Below, one piece after another: positions 1 through 9,373 of a stretch of 64,000 bases of DNA. The stretch covers positions 2,962 through 66,961 of the forward strand of contig CAYRLJ010000003.1 in the NCBI GenBank assembly GCA_964425025.1, in the 5' to 3' direction. Source of the DNA: an uncultured Burkholderia sp. (lineage in GTDB: Bacteria > Pseudomonadota > Gammaproteobacteria > Burkholderiales > Burkholderiaceae). Below the pieces are notes generated by a model. The model was not told the origin of the DNA and made no database searches. It saw only the letters and a list, made by a program, of their open reading frames with translations. Both the position numbers and the translations under genes were made by a program. How positions within the stretch are numbered: the stretch's first letter is position 1; every line of letters starts with the position of its first letter.

Positions 1-235
1 CGTCAGGCTGCGGCCGGCAGCCATGTTGGTCACCCGCACTCGGAGGGAGGCCGAAGCGTGCACGCCACGCCGCGTTCGCTGCTACAGGCTGCAACTCGCG
101 GTCCAATACAAGGTAGGGTTCGGCAAGGCGATCGAATAGCGCGGCAGCGTTCGTCAAAGAACTCCCCGTAACGGTTTTGCTGCACGCCGCAGCAGCAAGG
201 CATGCGTTGCACCGGTGACGCGTACGAAGTGCGGA

Positions 236-610
236 TTAGCGCGCACGGTTGGCCCGAACGCCGAGCAGGTTTTCGATCGTTGCCAGAAAAACGTCCATTT
301 GCGCCGGTTTTCGCAGTACTGCGTCCCAGAGATGAGCTGCCGCTGCGGTGCTGACGTGCGCCGAAGTGTGTAGCAAGATGGGTATCGATGCCCATTGCGG
401 GTTCGCGCGGACCGCCCGACACAGCTCTTCGCCGTCCATTCCGGGCATCATCAAATCAGAGATGAGAAGCTCGGGCGTACGGCGGGCGATGGCACTAAGC
501 GCTTCTCTACCGTCGCGCGCGCATTCGACTTGGTAGCCAACGAGTTCTAGTGCGAAGCTCCATGCGTCGCGCAGTTCCGGCTCGTCGTCGACCAAGAGGA
601 TGTGTGTCAT
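236..610 (-). CDS. Stand-alone response regulator receiver (CheY-like) protein
   Basis: 124 aa; ILLVDDE, SDLMMPGMDG (phospho-acceptor Asp) and KP motifs; no output domain. Confidence 0.92.
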   Translation of the reverse strand: MTHILLVDDEPELRDAWSFALELVGYQVECARDGREALSAIARRTPELLISDLMMPGMDGEELCRAVRANPQWASIPILLHTSAHVSTAAAAHLWDAVLRKPAQMDVFLATIENLLGVRANRAR

Positions 611-708
611 AGACCGCTAATAACGAATGCCTTCGAACGCTCAAACCGGCTGCGTGGCAGCTGGCGAACCCGCCACGCAGCAACCGTGGAGAATGTGGCC
701 CTCGGGCG

Positions 709-1074
709 TCATGCGGTTTTGCCCACATATTGCGCGATGAGCCCAATCAGCTTGCCCGCCGCAAACGGCTTTTGCAGTATTGCGCTGAACAAATGCTGCT
801 CCTGCTGCGTGACGGGATCCGCCACAGCGGTACAGAGGATGATGGGCAGCTGTGACAGCTCGCTGCTCCGCCGTAGCGCCCGAGCAAGCTCCAAGCCCGA
901 CATGACCGGCATCATCAGATCAGTGATGACGAGTGCTGGCCGTTCCTGGCCGATGACCGCCAGCGCATCCTTGCCATTCGCGGCCGCATGTACGGCGTAA
1001 CCTTCGCTCTCGAGCAGAAAGGTCAGGAAATCAGTGACCAATGACTCGTCGTCGACCACAACCAGGGAAGTCAT
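709..1074 (-). CDS. Stand-alone response regulator receiver (CheY-like) protein
   Basis: 121 aa; VVVDDE, TDLMMPVMSG and KPF motifs; paralog of 236-610. Confidence 0.92.
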   Translation of the reverse strand: MTSLVVVDDESLVTDFLTFLLESEGYAVHAAANGKDALAVIGQERPALVITDLMMPVMSGLELARALRRSSELSQLPIILCTAVADPVTQQEQHLFSAILQKPFAAGKLIGLIAQYVGKTA

Positions 1075-1085
1075 CCGCTGCCCGC

Positions 1086-2543
1086 TTATCGACCGCCCGA
1101 GCTGCGACCGGAACTCGACCCGGCAGCGGTGGCCGGCGCGGTACCCGTCACATGCAGGCCTACCCCTGATTCGTCAATCGCGACTTCCGCGATCGACGTG
1201 TCGAATACGCTGTCCCGAACTTTAAGTACAGAGAGCGAGCGTCGCAGTTGCCCGTCCACCCGCGCGTGCTGCATGCCGATGACGTTGTCGAACTGACTGA
1301 GAATTTCCGGCGCAGGGTTGGTCATCCACGGGCCGGACAGCTCCTTGACTTCCCAGGTGCATACGGTCGTTACTCCCACCGCGCGCAGCTCATTGGTCAA
1401 CGCGCTGAAGAACTCGACCACCCTCTGCGGCTCGACAGTGGCGCGCTCGAAACCTGCCAGGCCATCGATGAAGAGCCGCTCGGCGCGGGTCTCGCGAACG
1501 GCGCTCAGCAGGTCGTAAGCGAGCTTATCGAGCAGATTCTCGGTGAGTGGACGCCAGAGGATTTTCAGTGCACGGGACTGCACCAGGGCCTGCAAGTCTA
1601 TACCCAGCGCCGCGGCTTTCGTGCACAGCCGCTCCGGAGTTTCATAGAAGCCGAAATAGACTGCGGGGCGCTCGGGCGTTGCAACACGCAGGAAGCCGAT
1701 GCCAAAGGTGGTCTTTCCACTGCCTGCCGGTCCAACAATGGCGGAGACTGAGCTCCCGGGTAGTCCGCCTCGCAAACGCTCGTCGAGTCCGCCGATCCCC
1801 GTGTCTAGCCTTTCCGTGCTCGGGCGGTCCGGTGCGGATGGCTCGGCCAGCGCCGCTTCGAGGCGTGGATATACGGCAATGCCGCGACTGCTTATCTCGA
1901 ACAGATGCTCACCGCCCAGCGCGCGACTGCCTCGCGACTTCGCAACCCGTATGCGGCGCACTGTACGCGACCCATGCAAGCTTTCTTCGAGTTGCAGCAC
2001 ACCGTCGACCATCGTGTGCTCAGGACTCGCGTCCTCGATTCCCGCGCTGGTCAAGAATAGGACCGTGCACCCGGTAAACGCGGCATGTCCCTGCAACTCC
2101 GCGACGAAAGTCTTGACGTCCAAATTGCTTTGGCCGCCTTCGCGTGCGTTGAGCAGACCGTCCAGCACGAGAATGTTGGCGTTGCGGCGCGCGAGTTCGG
2201 CTCGCAATGTCGCAACGAGGGCGCTCAGCCCCTCCTCCCGGAGAGTGCGGAACAAACTGATATAAGTGAGATCTTTGCCGACGCGCGCGGCATCGTAGAA
2301 ATCGAGCGTGGAGAGGGATTGAAACAGACGGTCATGCGACTCAGCGAGCAGCGTGACGTAGAGAACCTTGCGGCCTTTCCTGGCCTGCGCAAACGCGATC
2401 TGGTTGGCAAGTATGGTCTTACCCGCGCCGGGTCGGCCCTGGAGGATATACGACGAGCCTGCGATTAGACCACCGCCGCAGACTTCGTCGAGTCCGGGAA
2501 CATCGCTGATTAGCCGCACGAGCGTTTTGTCCATTACCTGCAT
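1086..2543 (-). CDS. KaiC/RAD55-like double-domain RecA-superfamily ATPase
   Basis: Two tandem RecA-like domains with Walker A motifs GRPGAGKT and GPAGSGKT, GLD..GGL leaders, and KSRGS/KVRDS motifs; start uncertain (ATG 2534 or 2543). Confidence 0.88.
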   Translation of the reverse strand: MQVMDKTLVRLISDVPGLDEVCGGGLIAGSSYILQGRPGAGKTILANQIAFAQARKGRKVLYVTLLAESHDRLFQSLSTLDFYDAARVGKDLTYISLFRTLREEGLSALVATLRAELARRNANILVLDGLLNAREGGQSNLDVKTFVAELQGHAAFTGCTVLFLTSAGIEDASPEHTMVDGVLQLEESLHGSRTVRRIRVAKSRGSRALGGEHLFEISSRGIAVYPRLEAALAEPSAPDRPSTERLDTGIGGLDERLRGGLPGSSVSAIVGPAGSGKTTFGIGFLRVATPERPAVYFGFYETPERLCTKAAALGIDLQALVQSRALKILWRPLTENLLDKLAYDLLSAVRETRAERLFIDGLAGFERATVEPQRVVEFFSALTNELRAVGVTTVCTWEVKELSGPWMTNPAPEILSQFDNVIGMQHARVDGQLRRSLSVLKVRDSVFDTSIAEVAIDESGVGLHVTGTAPATAAGSSSGRSSGGR

Positions 2544-2725
2544 CCGAGAGAGGGGCTTAACATCCACCGGCCGGGCGACGTGGTCGATTCGCACTCCTGG
2601 CCAACGTCTGCCAATGTTTGCCGGCTCCTAGCCAAAATCAGAAGTCTATCTGATCGTAGCGGCCAAGCGGGCGGCGGCGGTACTTTCCGAAGAGGGATCT
2701 ACTCCACGCTCTTTGGTTTCCGTCG

Positions 2726-3601
2726 TCATGCCTTCCCATTGGCCCCGAGCCACTCGCGAAACAGGTTCACCTTGTGCTGGTGCGCGAGACAATCCGGGTA
2801 GACGAAGTAATAGCGGGCGCCCGTGGTCAGCACGATGTCGAACGGCATCGCGAGGCGCTTCGACGCAACATCCTCGCTCACGAGCGAGCAGTCGCTGATC
2901 GCGACGCCAAATCCCTGCGCCGCCGCGTTCGTCGCAAGGTCAAGCGTTTCAAAACTCTGCCCGAGGTCGGCTTCGATCTCGGGTGCCTCGGCATGGGCGA
3001 GCCACATCTTCCAGTCGCGATGGTCGCGCGTCGGGTGAAGGAGCGTATGCCGAGCAAGATCAGCGACGCTCTCTAGTGGCTTGGACTCCAGCAGCGACGG
3101 CGCGCAAACGGGCGTCAGTTGCTCGTCGAACAGCGCGATCGAATGAACGTCCGCGCCTGGCGACGAGCCATAGATAATCGCCGCATCGAAGGGCTCGACC
3201 TGGAAATCGACGTCGTGCTGCCATGAGGTAGTGAGCTGCAGCTGGATGTCAGGGTACTCGGCCTGAAAGCGCATGATCTTCGGCAGGATCCAGCGCATCA
3301 GGCAGGTGGGCACCTTCAGCGCGAGGTCGGTGCGCTGCCGGGTTAGCCGCAGCGAAATCTCCTCGATCCGCGAGAAACTGTCTTTTACAGTCGGCAATAG
3401 CTGTTCGCCTTCCATCGTCAGCACGAGCCCCTTCGCGTGCCGCGTGAACAGCGGAAAACCGTAGTGCTCCTCAAGTGCTTGGATCTGGCGGCTCACCGCC
3501 CCTTGCGTCACACAGAGATGATCGGCCGCGCGGGTGAAACTGCAGTAACGCGCGACCGTTTCGAAGATTTGCAGCGCGTTGAGCGGCGGCAGACGGCGCA
3601 T
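2726..3601 (-). CDS. LysR-family regulator (GcvA subfamily), divergent from the aruI operon
   Basis: N-terminal MRRLPPLNALQIFETVAR..SFTRAA..LCVTQGAVSRQI HTH; 291 aa. Confidence 0.95.
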   Translation of the reverse strand: MRRLPPLNALQIFETVARYCSFTRAADHLCVTQGAVSRQIQALEEHYGFPLFTRHAKGLVLTMEGEQLLPTVKDSFSRIEEISLRLTRQRTDLALKVPTCLMRWILPKIMRFQAEYPDIQLQLTTSWQHDVDFQVEPFDAAIIYGSSPGADVHSIALFDEQLTPVCAPSLLESKPLESVADLARHTLLHPTRDHRDWKMWLAHAEAPEIEADLGQSFETLDLATNAAAQGFGVAISDCSLVSEDVASKRLAMPFDIVLTTGARYYFVYPDCLAHQHKVNLFREWLGANGKA

Positions 3602-3728
3602 GGTTGTTCCTTTGCAGCATTTGGAAAAGTCATAACGGCGGGTGTGCTCCCCGGGCGGGCGGCTTCATGACATTTATACACGCAATAGCGAACGATACGT
3701 CTGACGGTATTGGCTTCTGATCACGGCC

Positions 3729-3794
3729 ATGAGCAACAGACATGAGGAGCATGCAAATTCATCGATTGCCGCGCATGCGCCACGCAACAAGAAT
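3729..3794 (+). promoter_or_regulatory. Putative LysR operator (ATG-N9-CAT) with adjacent activation site and sigma70-like promoter for the aruI operon
   Basis: ATGAGCAACAGACAT-GAGGA-GCATGC-N7-TCGATTG, then TTGCCG-N17-AAGAAT; the same architecture recurs at 8134. Confidence 0.65.
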
Positions 3795-3859
3795 AGGCCA
3801 ACGCGCAAACCCCGGAGACAAAGCATGTACCGGCAATCGATCAACGCAACAGGCGTCTC

Positions 3860-5560
3860 ATGAGCTCCCCTGAAACCGCCTCCCTCTTCGGCCACGCGGG
3901 AGGGCACCGCCAGCCCCGGCCGGCCACCACGCAGACCTGCGGCGAAGCACTCGTGAGGCTGCTCGAACACTACGGCGTCGAACAGGTGTTCGGCATTCCG
4001 GGCGTCCATACCGTCGAGCTATATCGTGGGCTCGCGGCGTCGACGCTGCGCCACGTCACACCTCGCCACGAGCAAGGTGCGGGCTTCATGGCGGACGGCT
4101 ACGCGCGCGTTACCGGCAAGCCCGGCGTGTGCTTCGTTATCACCGGGCCGGGCATGACGAATATTGCAACCGCGATGGCGCAGGCTTACGCGGATTCGAT
4201 CCCGATGCTCGTGATTTCCAGTGTCAACGCCACGCACCAACTCGGCAACGGTGCTGGCCGCCTGCACGAACTGCCGTCGCAGCACGGCGTGTTCGCAGGG
4301 TTCACCGCGTTCTCCCATACGCTGCTCAATGCGGACGAACTGCCCCAAGTGCTCGCCCGCGCTTTTGCGGTGTACGCGAGCGAGCGGCCGCGGCCAGTTC
4401 ACATCGAAATTCCGCTCGACGTGATCATTGCGCCCGCTCGCGGTATGACATCGGGCGCAGCGGTGCTTCCCGCGAAGCCCGCCGGCGCACCGGCCACAAT
4501 CGAGGAGGCCGCCGGCTTGCTCGAGCGCGCGCGGCGACCGCTCTTCCTGGCCGGTGGCGGGACTATTGAGGCCGCCCCCGAACTGCGCGCGCTGGCCGAG
4601 CGCTTGCAGGCACCTGTTGCGCTGACGATCAATGCGAAGGGGCTCTTGCCGCGCGGTCATGCGCTGTCGATCGGCTCGACCCAGTCGCTTCCCGAGACGC
4701 GCACATTGGTGTGCGAAGCCGACGTGGTGCTCGCGGTCGGCACCGAACTCGGCGAGACCGACTACGACGTGATGTTCGACGGCGGGTTCGCGATCGACGG
4801 CAAGCTTGTCCGGATCGACATAGACGCCCAGCAGGCAATGCGCAATTTCCCGCCCGATGTCGCGATCGCGGCCGACGCAAAGCTCGCGCTTGCCGCGCTC
4901 GCCGCCAAGCTCGCCGCCCGCCCGCTGCCACCGCGCGATGCCGGCTGGGGCGCACCGCGCGTGCGCGCCCTGCGTGCCGCGGTCGATGCCAGTTACGACA
5001 GGCCGATTCGCTCGCAGGCCGCGCTGCTTGATACCGTGTTGGACGCACTGCCCGATGCTGTCATCGTGGGCGATTCGACGCGCCCGGTCTACGCCGGCAA
5101 TTTCGCTTTCGAAGCGGCCGCGCCTAGATCGTGGTTCAACTCGTCCACGGGCTACGGCACGCTGGGCTATGGGTTGCCGGCCGCGATCGGCGCCCGGCTT
5201 GGGAGCGGCAACCGGCCCGTGATATGCCTGATCGGCGACGGCGGCCTGCAGTTCACGATGCCCGAACTGGCGAGCGCTGTCGAAGCCGCCGTGCCGGTGA
5301 TCGTGCTGCTCTGGAACAACCGAGGCTATGCCGAAATCAAGAAGTGCATGATCGAGCGCGATATCGAGCCGATCGGCGTCGACATATACACCCCGGACTT
5401 CCTCGCGCTGGCGCGAGGTTTTGGCTGCATCTCCGCTACGGCCGAAACACGGGGTCTGCTCGCGAACGAACTGAAGCAGGCCGCGGTTCGCCATGTGCCC
5501 ACGCTGATCGAAATCGACGAGCAGGCGTGGTTCAGCAATGTATCGGGGGCGCAGGCATGA
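3860..5560 (+). CDS. aruI: TPP-dependent 5-guanidino-2-oxopentanoate (2-ketoarginine) decarboxylase
   Basis: FGIPGVHTVELYRGL, RHEQGAGFMADGYAR, TPP motif GDGG..WNN; clustered with guanidinobutyrase. Confidence 0.85.
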   Translation: MSSPETASLFGHAGGHRQPRPATTQTCGEALVRLLEHYGVEQVFGIPGVHTVELYRGLAASTLRHVTPRHEQGAGFMADGYARVTGKPGVCFVITGPGMTNIATAMAQAYADSIPMLVISSVNATHQLGNGAGRLHELPSQHGVFAGFTAFSHTLLNADELPQVLARAFAVYASERPRPVHIEIPLDVIIAPARGMTSGAAVLPAKPAGAPATIEEAAGLLERARRPLFLAGGGTIEAAPELRALAERLQAPVALTINAKGLLPRGHALSIGSTQSLPETRTLVCEADVVLAVGTELGETDYDVMFDGGFAIDGKLVRIDIDAQQAMRNFPPDVAIAADAKLALAALAAKLAARPLPPRDAGWGAPRVRALRAAVDASYDRPIRSQAALLDTVLDALPDAVIVGDSTRPVYAGNFAFEAAAPRSWFNSSTGYGTLGYGLPAAIGARLGSGNRPVICLIGDGGLQFTMPELASAVEAAVPVIVLLWNNRGYAEIKKCMIERDIEPIGVDIYTPDFLALARGFGCISATAETRGLLANELKQAAVRHVPTLIEIDEQAWFSNVSGAQA

Positions 5561-7047
5561 ACGCGCCGAACGACTCGCCGTTCGTCAAGCAGCACTATAT
5601 CGACGGCCTCTGGGTCGACGGTGCGCGGGGCGGGACGATTGCCGTGGCCAACCCGGCTACCGGCGCGCACCTGACCGACGTGGCCGCAGGCACCGCACAC
5701 GACGTCGAACTTGCGGTGGCCAGCGCGGCCCGCGCGTTCCGCGCGTGGCGGAAAACGACTGGCGCCGAACGCGCACGCTACCTGCGTGCGATCGTCACGG
5801 CAGTCGAGGCGCGGCGCGAGCGTCTCGCGATACTGCAATCGCTGAACAATGGCAAGCCGCAGCACGAGGCGCGCATGGACGTCGACGACGTGATCGCGAC
5901 GTTTCGCTATTACGCCCATCTGGCCGAGCGGCTGGACGACGCGGCTGGTGAAGAAGAAGTCAGCATTCCCAGCACCGAGCACCGTGCGCGAATTTGCCGC
6001 GAGCCGTGCGGCGTGGCCGCGCTGATCGTACCGTGGAATTTCCCCATGGTGACGACGGCATGGAAGCTTGCCCCTGCGCTTGCGGCCGGCTGCGCGGTCG
6101 TGCTCAAGCCGTCCGAAATCACGCCGTTGCCGGAGCTCGAACTGGCGTCGGTCGTTGCATCGGTCGGCCTGCCGGCCGGCGTTTTCAACGTAGTGACCGG
6201 TACCGGCGTCGACGTGGGCGCGCCGCTCGTCGCGCATCAGGGTGTCGCGAAAGTGTCCTTTACCGGCAGCACAGGCGTCGGACAAACGGTGATGAAGACT
6301 GCCGCCGACACGTTAAAGGGTGTGAGTCTCGAGCTCGGGGGCAAGTCGTCGATCCTAGTGTTCGATGATGCGGATCTCCACCTGGCGGTCGAGTTGGTCG
6401 AGACGGGCGGTTTCTTCAACAGCGGCCAGATGTGCTCTGCGACGAGCCGGGTGCTGGTTGCGCGCGAACTCGCGCCCGCGTTGCTGGCGAGGCTTGTCGA
6501 GCGCGCGGAGCGGATCGTCGTCGGCGACCCGTTTGCGCCAGGCGTGCAGATGGGGCCGCTCGTCAACCGTGCCCAATTCGAACGGGTCCGCGCTTATATC
6601 GAACAGGGTATTGCCGACGGTGCACGGGTCGTAACCGGCAGCGGCCGGCCAGCCGGTGTGCCGGAGCAGGGCTTTTTCATCGCACCGACGATTTTTGCCG
6701 ACGTGCCGCCGACTAGCGCGTTGTGGCGCGAGGAGATTTTCGGCCCGGTCCTGTGCGTGCGCGTGTTCGACACCGAACAGGAAGCCATTGAGCTCGCCAA
6801 CGACAGTGAGTACGGGCTCGTGGCGACCGTCGTCACCGCCGATGAGGAACGCGGCGAACGTGTCGCTCGCCTGTTGGAGGCCGGCGTGGTGTGGGTCAAC
6901 ACGCTGCAACTGATCTATCCACAGACCTCGTGGGGTGGGTACAAGCGCAGCAGCATCGGTCGCGAACTGGGCCCTTTCGGGCTTGCCGCGTTTCAGGAAA
7001 TCAAGCAGGTACTGACGAGAAAAAGGATTTGCGATGACGCACGATAA
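5557..7047 (+). CDS. Aldehyde dehydrogenase (betaine/4-guanidinobutyraldehyde dehydrogenase-like)
   Basis: PWNFP, FTGS, LELGGKS, GQMCSA (catalytic Cys), EEIFGP; ATG at 5557 overlaps the aruI stop (ATGA). Confidence 0.92.
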   Translation: MNAPNDSPFVKQHYIDGLWVDGARGGTIAVANPATGAHLTDVAAGTAHDVELAVASAARAFRAWRKTTGAERARYLRAIVTAVEARRERLAILQSLNNGKPQHEARMDVDDVIATFRYYAHLAERLDDAAGEEEVSIPSTEHRARICREPCGVAALIVPWNFPMVTTAWKLAPALAAGCAVVLKPSEITPLPELELASVVASVGLPAGVFNVVTGTGVDVGAPLVAHQGVAKVSFTGSTGVGQTVMKTAADTLKGVSLELGGKSSILVFDDADLHLAVELVETGGFFNSGQMCSATSRVLVARELAPALLARLVERAERIVVGDPFAPGVQMGPLVNRAQFERVRAYIEQGIADGARVVTGSGRPAGVPEQGFFIAPTIFADVPPTSALWREEIFGPVLCVRVFDTEQEAIELANDSEYGLVATVVTADEERGERVARLLEAGVVWVNTLQLIYPQTSWGGYKRSSIGRELGPFGLAAFQEIKQVLTRKRICDDAR

Positions 7048-8005
7048 CCAATCCGACAACCCTTTCAATCAGCCGCTCGGCGGCAACCTGATGCCTCGCT
7101 TCGCCGGTCCGGCGACGATGATGCGCCTGCCGAGCGCGGCGTCGGCGCAGGGGCTCGATGCGTGTTTCGTCGGTGTGCCGCTTGACACCGGCACCTCGAA
7201 CCGGGCGGGCGCGCGGTTCGGGCCGCGCGCGATTCGAGCCGAATCGTGCCTGCTGCGCCCGTACAACATGGCGACCCGCGCCGCGCCGTACGACAGCATG
7301 CAAGTGGCCGACATCGGCGACGTCGCGATCAACACGTTCAACCTGAGTAAGAGCATGGACATCGTCACGCAAGCGTATGACGAGATCCTCGAGCATGGCT
7401 GCGTGCCACTGACAATGGGCGGCGACCATACGATCGTGCTGCCGATCCTGCGCGCGATGAAGAAGAAATATGGCCCGGTTGGCGTGGTCCATGTCGACGC
7501 GCATGCGGACGTCAACGACACGATGTTCGGCGAAAAGATCGCGCACGGCACGCCATTTCGGCGCGCGATCGAAGAAGGGCTGATGGACGGCAATCGCGTC
7601 GCGCAGATCGGCCTGCGCGGCACCGGCTATACGGCAGAAGACTTCGATTGGTCGACGTCCCACGGCATACGCGTCGTGCAGGCCGAGGAGTGCTGGTACA
7701 AGTCGGTCGCGCCGATCATGAACGAAGTCCGCGCGAAAGTCGGCGGCGGCCCGGTGTATCTGAGCTTCGACATCGACGGCCTGGACCCGAGTTTCGCACC
7801 CGGCACCGGCACGCCGGAAATCGGCGGCCTGACGATCTGGCAGGCGCTTGAAATCATCCGCGGTTGCCGTGGCTTGGATATCGTGGGCTGCGATCTGGTG
7901 GAGATTTCGCCGCCGTACGACCCGTCCGGCAATACGGCGCTGGTCGGCGCGAACCTGCTGTACGAAATGTTGTGCGTGCTGCCGAAGGTCAAATACCGGA
8001 GGTAA
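7034..8005 (+). CDS. gbuA: Ureohydrolase, guanidinobutyrase (agmatinase family)
   Basis: GGDH, DAHAD and SFDIDG metal motifs; QPLGGNLMPRF N-terminus and YEMLCVLP C-terminus resemble Pseudomonas GbuA. Confidence 0.85.
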   Translation: MTHDNQSDNPFNQPLGGNLMPRFAGPATMMRLPSAASAQGLDACFVGVPLDTGTSNRAGARFGPRAIRAESCLLRPYNMATRAAPYDSMQVADIGDVAINTFNLSKSMDIVTQAYDEILEHGCVPLTMGGDHTIVLPILRAMKKKYGPVGVVHVDAHADVNDTMFGEKIAHGTPFRRAIEEGLMDGNRVAQIGLRGTGYTAEDFDWSTSHGIRVVQAEECWYKSVAPIMNEVRAKVGGGPVYLSFDIDGLDPSFAPGTGTPEIGGLTIWQALEIIRGCRGLDIVGCDLVEISPPYDPSGNTALVGANLLYEMLCVLPKVKYRR

Positions 8006-8133
8006 ATGGTGTGGGTCCGAGGGCGTGGCGGACCGCGACTCGCGCTCCGCTTCGTTCCGTACAGGCTGCGGCCAGCGCCATGCGCACTTCACATGCCGGC
8101 TACCTATAGCAACAATAAACCAACAAGCCGCCT

Positions 8134-8199
8134 ATGCATTCTCGTCATGGCACGCATGCCGATATTTCGCTTGTGACGTAATTCTTGCAAACCTAGAGT
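8134..8199 (+). promoter_or_regulatory. Second copy of the LysR operator/promoter, upstream of the ABC transporter
   Basis: ATGCATTCTCGTCAT-GGCAC-GCATGC-N7-TCGCTTG, then TTGTGA-N17-TAGAGT. Confidence 0.65.
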
Positions 8200-8266
8200 C
8201 AGCTCATACGCGACGCAATACAAGCACTCATCCGGCGCATAGATCGGAAGACCTCACTGAATCAAC

Positions 8267-9373
8267 ATGGAGACGGCGATGGGACATTTTAATTCGGGAC
8301 GGCGGCAAGCCTTTAAGACGATCGGTGCGGCGCTCGCTGTGTCCGCGCTACCGATGCCGTTCGTGAATCTGAAGGCGCAGGAACACAATTTCGCCGGCAA
8401 GACGCTGCGCCTGTTGACCTGGTCGGACGATACGGGCACTGCAGCGCTGCGCAATATCGCTGCGACATTCATGGCGAAGACTGGCGCGAAAGTGATTGCC
8501 GATCGCGCGGACGGCACCTCCGGGATGGTCGCCAAGGTGAAGGCCACCGGCGAGCGCCCTACCTACGATGTGATCACGCTCGCAGGCGTGGGCGCCGCGG
8601 GTCTCGGCGATGCGGGTCTGCTCGTCAAGCCCGATCTCGACAGGCTGCCGAACCTGAAGGACGTGGCACCGCAATATCGCACAGGCGCGAACGGTTTTGG
8701 CGTGGGCTATCTGCTGTGGTCCGACGGCCTCATCTACAGCACGTCGACCGTCAAGACGCCGCCCGCGTCGTACGAAGCGCTGTGGGACCCCAAGTATGCA
8801 GGCCGCGTGTTCCTCCCGCCACCCGAGTTTGCCGAGGCAGTCGATCTCGCGATCATCGCCGCAAAGATGTCGGGCGGCTCGCAGCAGGACATCGATCCGG
8901 GCTTCAAGAAGCTGACAAAAATGAAGGACCGTGTGCTGACGCTCGGCGAGAATCCGAATCAGGTGGCCGACCTGTTCCGCACGGGTTCACTCGATATCGG
9001 CGGCATTTATTCGCCGGCGTTCTTTCCCGATCAGATCCGCAAATCCGAATACAAGATGGGCGTGACGTATGGCATGAAGGAAGGTTTCGCCACGCAGTTG
9101 CTGTTCACCGTGATTCCGAAATCGCACCCGGGTGACAGCGATCTGATCCATGCATTCATCAACCATTCGCTCGATGCAGGCGTGCAAGGCCGCATGGCGG
9201 CCGACGTGCTCAACGGTCCGGTGAATTCAAAGGCGGTGGTTCCTGCCGAAGGGCGCGCGTATGTGCCAAGTCCGCAGCAGATCGCGGAAAGGGCTTTTCT
9301 GCATGACGACAAGGCACTTGCCGTGGTGCAGCCGGCTTGGATCAAGCGCTACACCGAGATCTTCTCAGTATGA
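8267..9373 (+). CDS. ABC transporter substrate-binding protein (PotD/PotF-like), probable Tat signal
   Basis: SGRRQAFK twin-arginine-like leader; P.SYEALWDPKY motif; precedes two permeases and an ATPase. Confidence 0.88.
   Translation: METAMGHFNSGRRQAFKTIGAALAVSALPMPFVNLKAQEHNFAGKTLRLLTWSDDTGTAALRNIAATFMAKTGAKVIADRADGTSGMVAKVKATGERPTYDVITLAGVGAAGLGDAGLLVKPDLDRLPNLKDVAPQYRTGANGFGVGYLLWSDGLIYSTSTVKTPPASYEALWDPKYAGRVFLPPPEFAEAVDLAIIAAKMSGGSQQDIDPGFKKLTKMKDRVLTLGENPNQVADLFRTGSLDIGGIYSPAFFPDQIRKSEYKMGVTYGMKEGFATQLLFTVIPKSHPGDSDLIHAFINHSLDAGVQGRMAADVLNGPVNSKAVVPAEGRAYVPSPQQIAERAFLHDDKALAVVQPAWIKRYTEIFSV

Noticed and set aside
4019-5494. Long antisense ORF of 491 aa (also 16849-18363, 32732-34465, 58608-59600 and similar)
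   Set aside because: Shadow frames of well-supported genes in GC-rich DNA; Arg/Ala-rich with no motifs
5131-5556. 142 aa N-terminal extension on the aldehyde dehydrogenase ORF
   Set aside because: Overlaps aruI; ATG 5557 is translationally coupled and gives a normal-length enzyme
8006-8130. Guanidine riboswitch between gbuA and the ABC transporter
   Set aside because: Only a single 6 bp hairpin (GGTCCG/CGGACC, 8014-8034); no paired ACGR-loop hairpins or other guanidine riboswitch consensus seen
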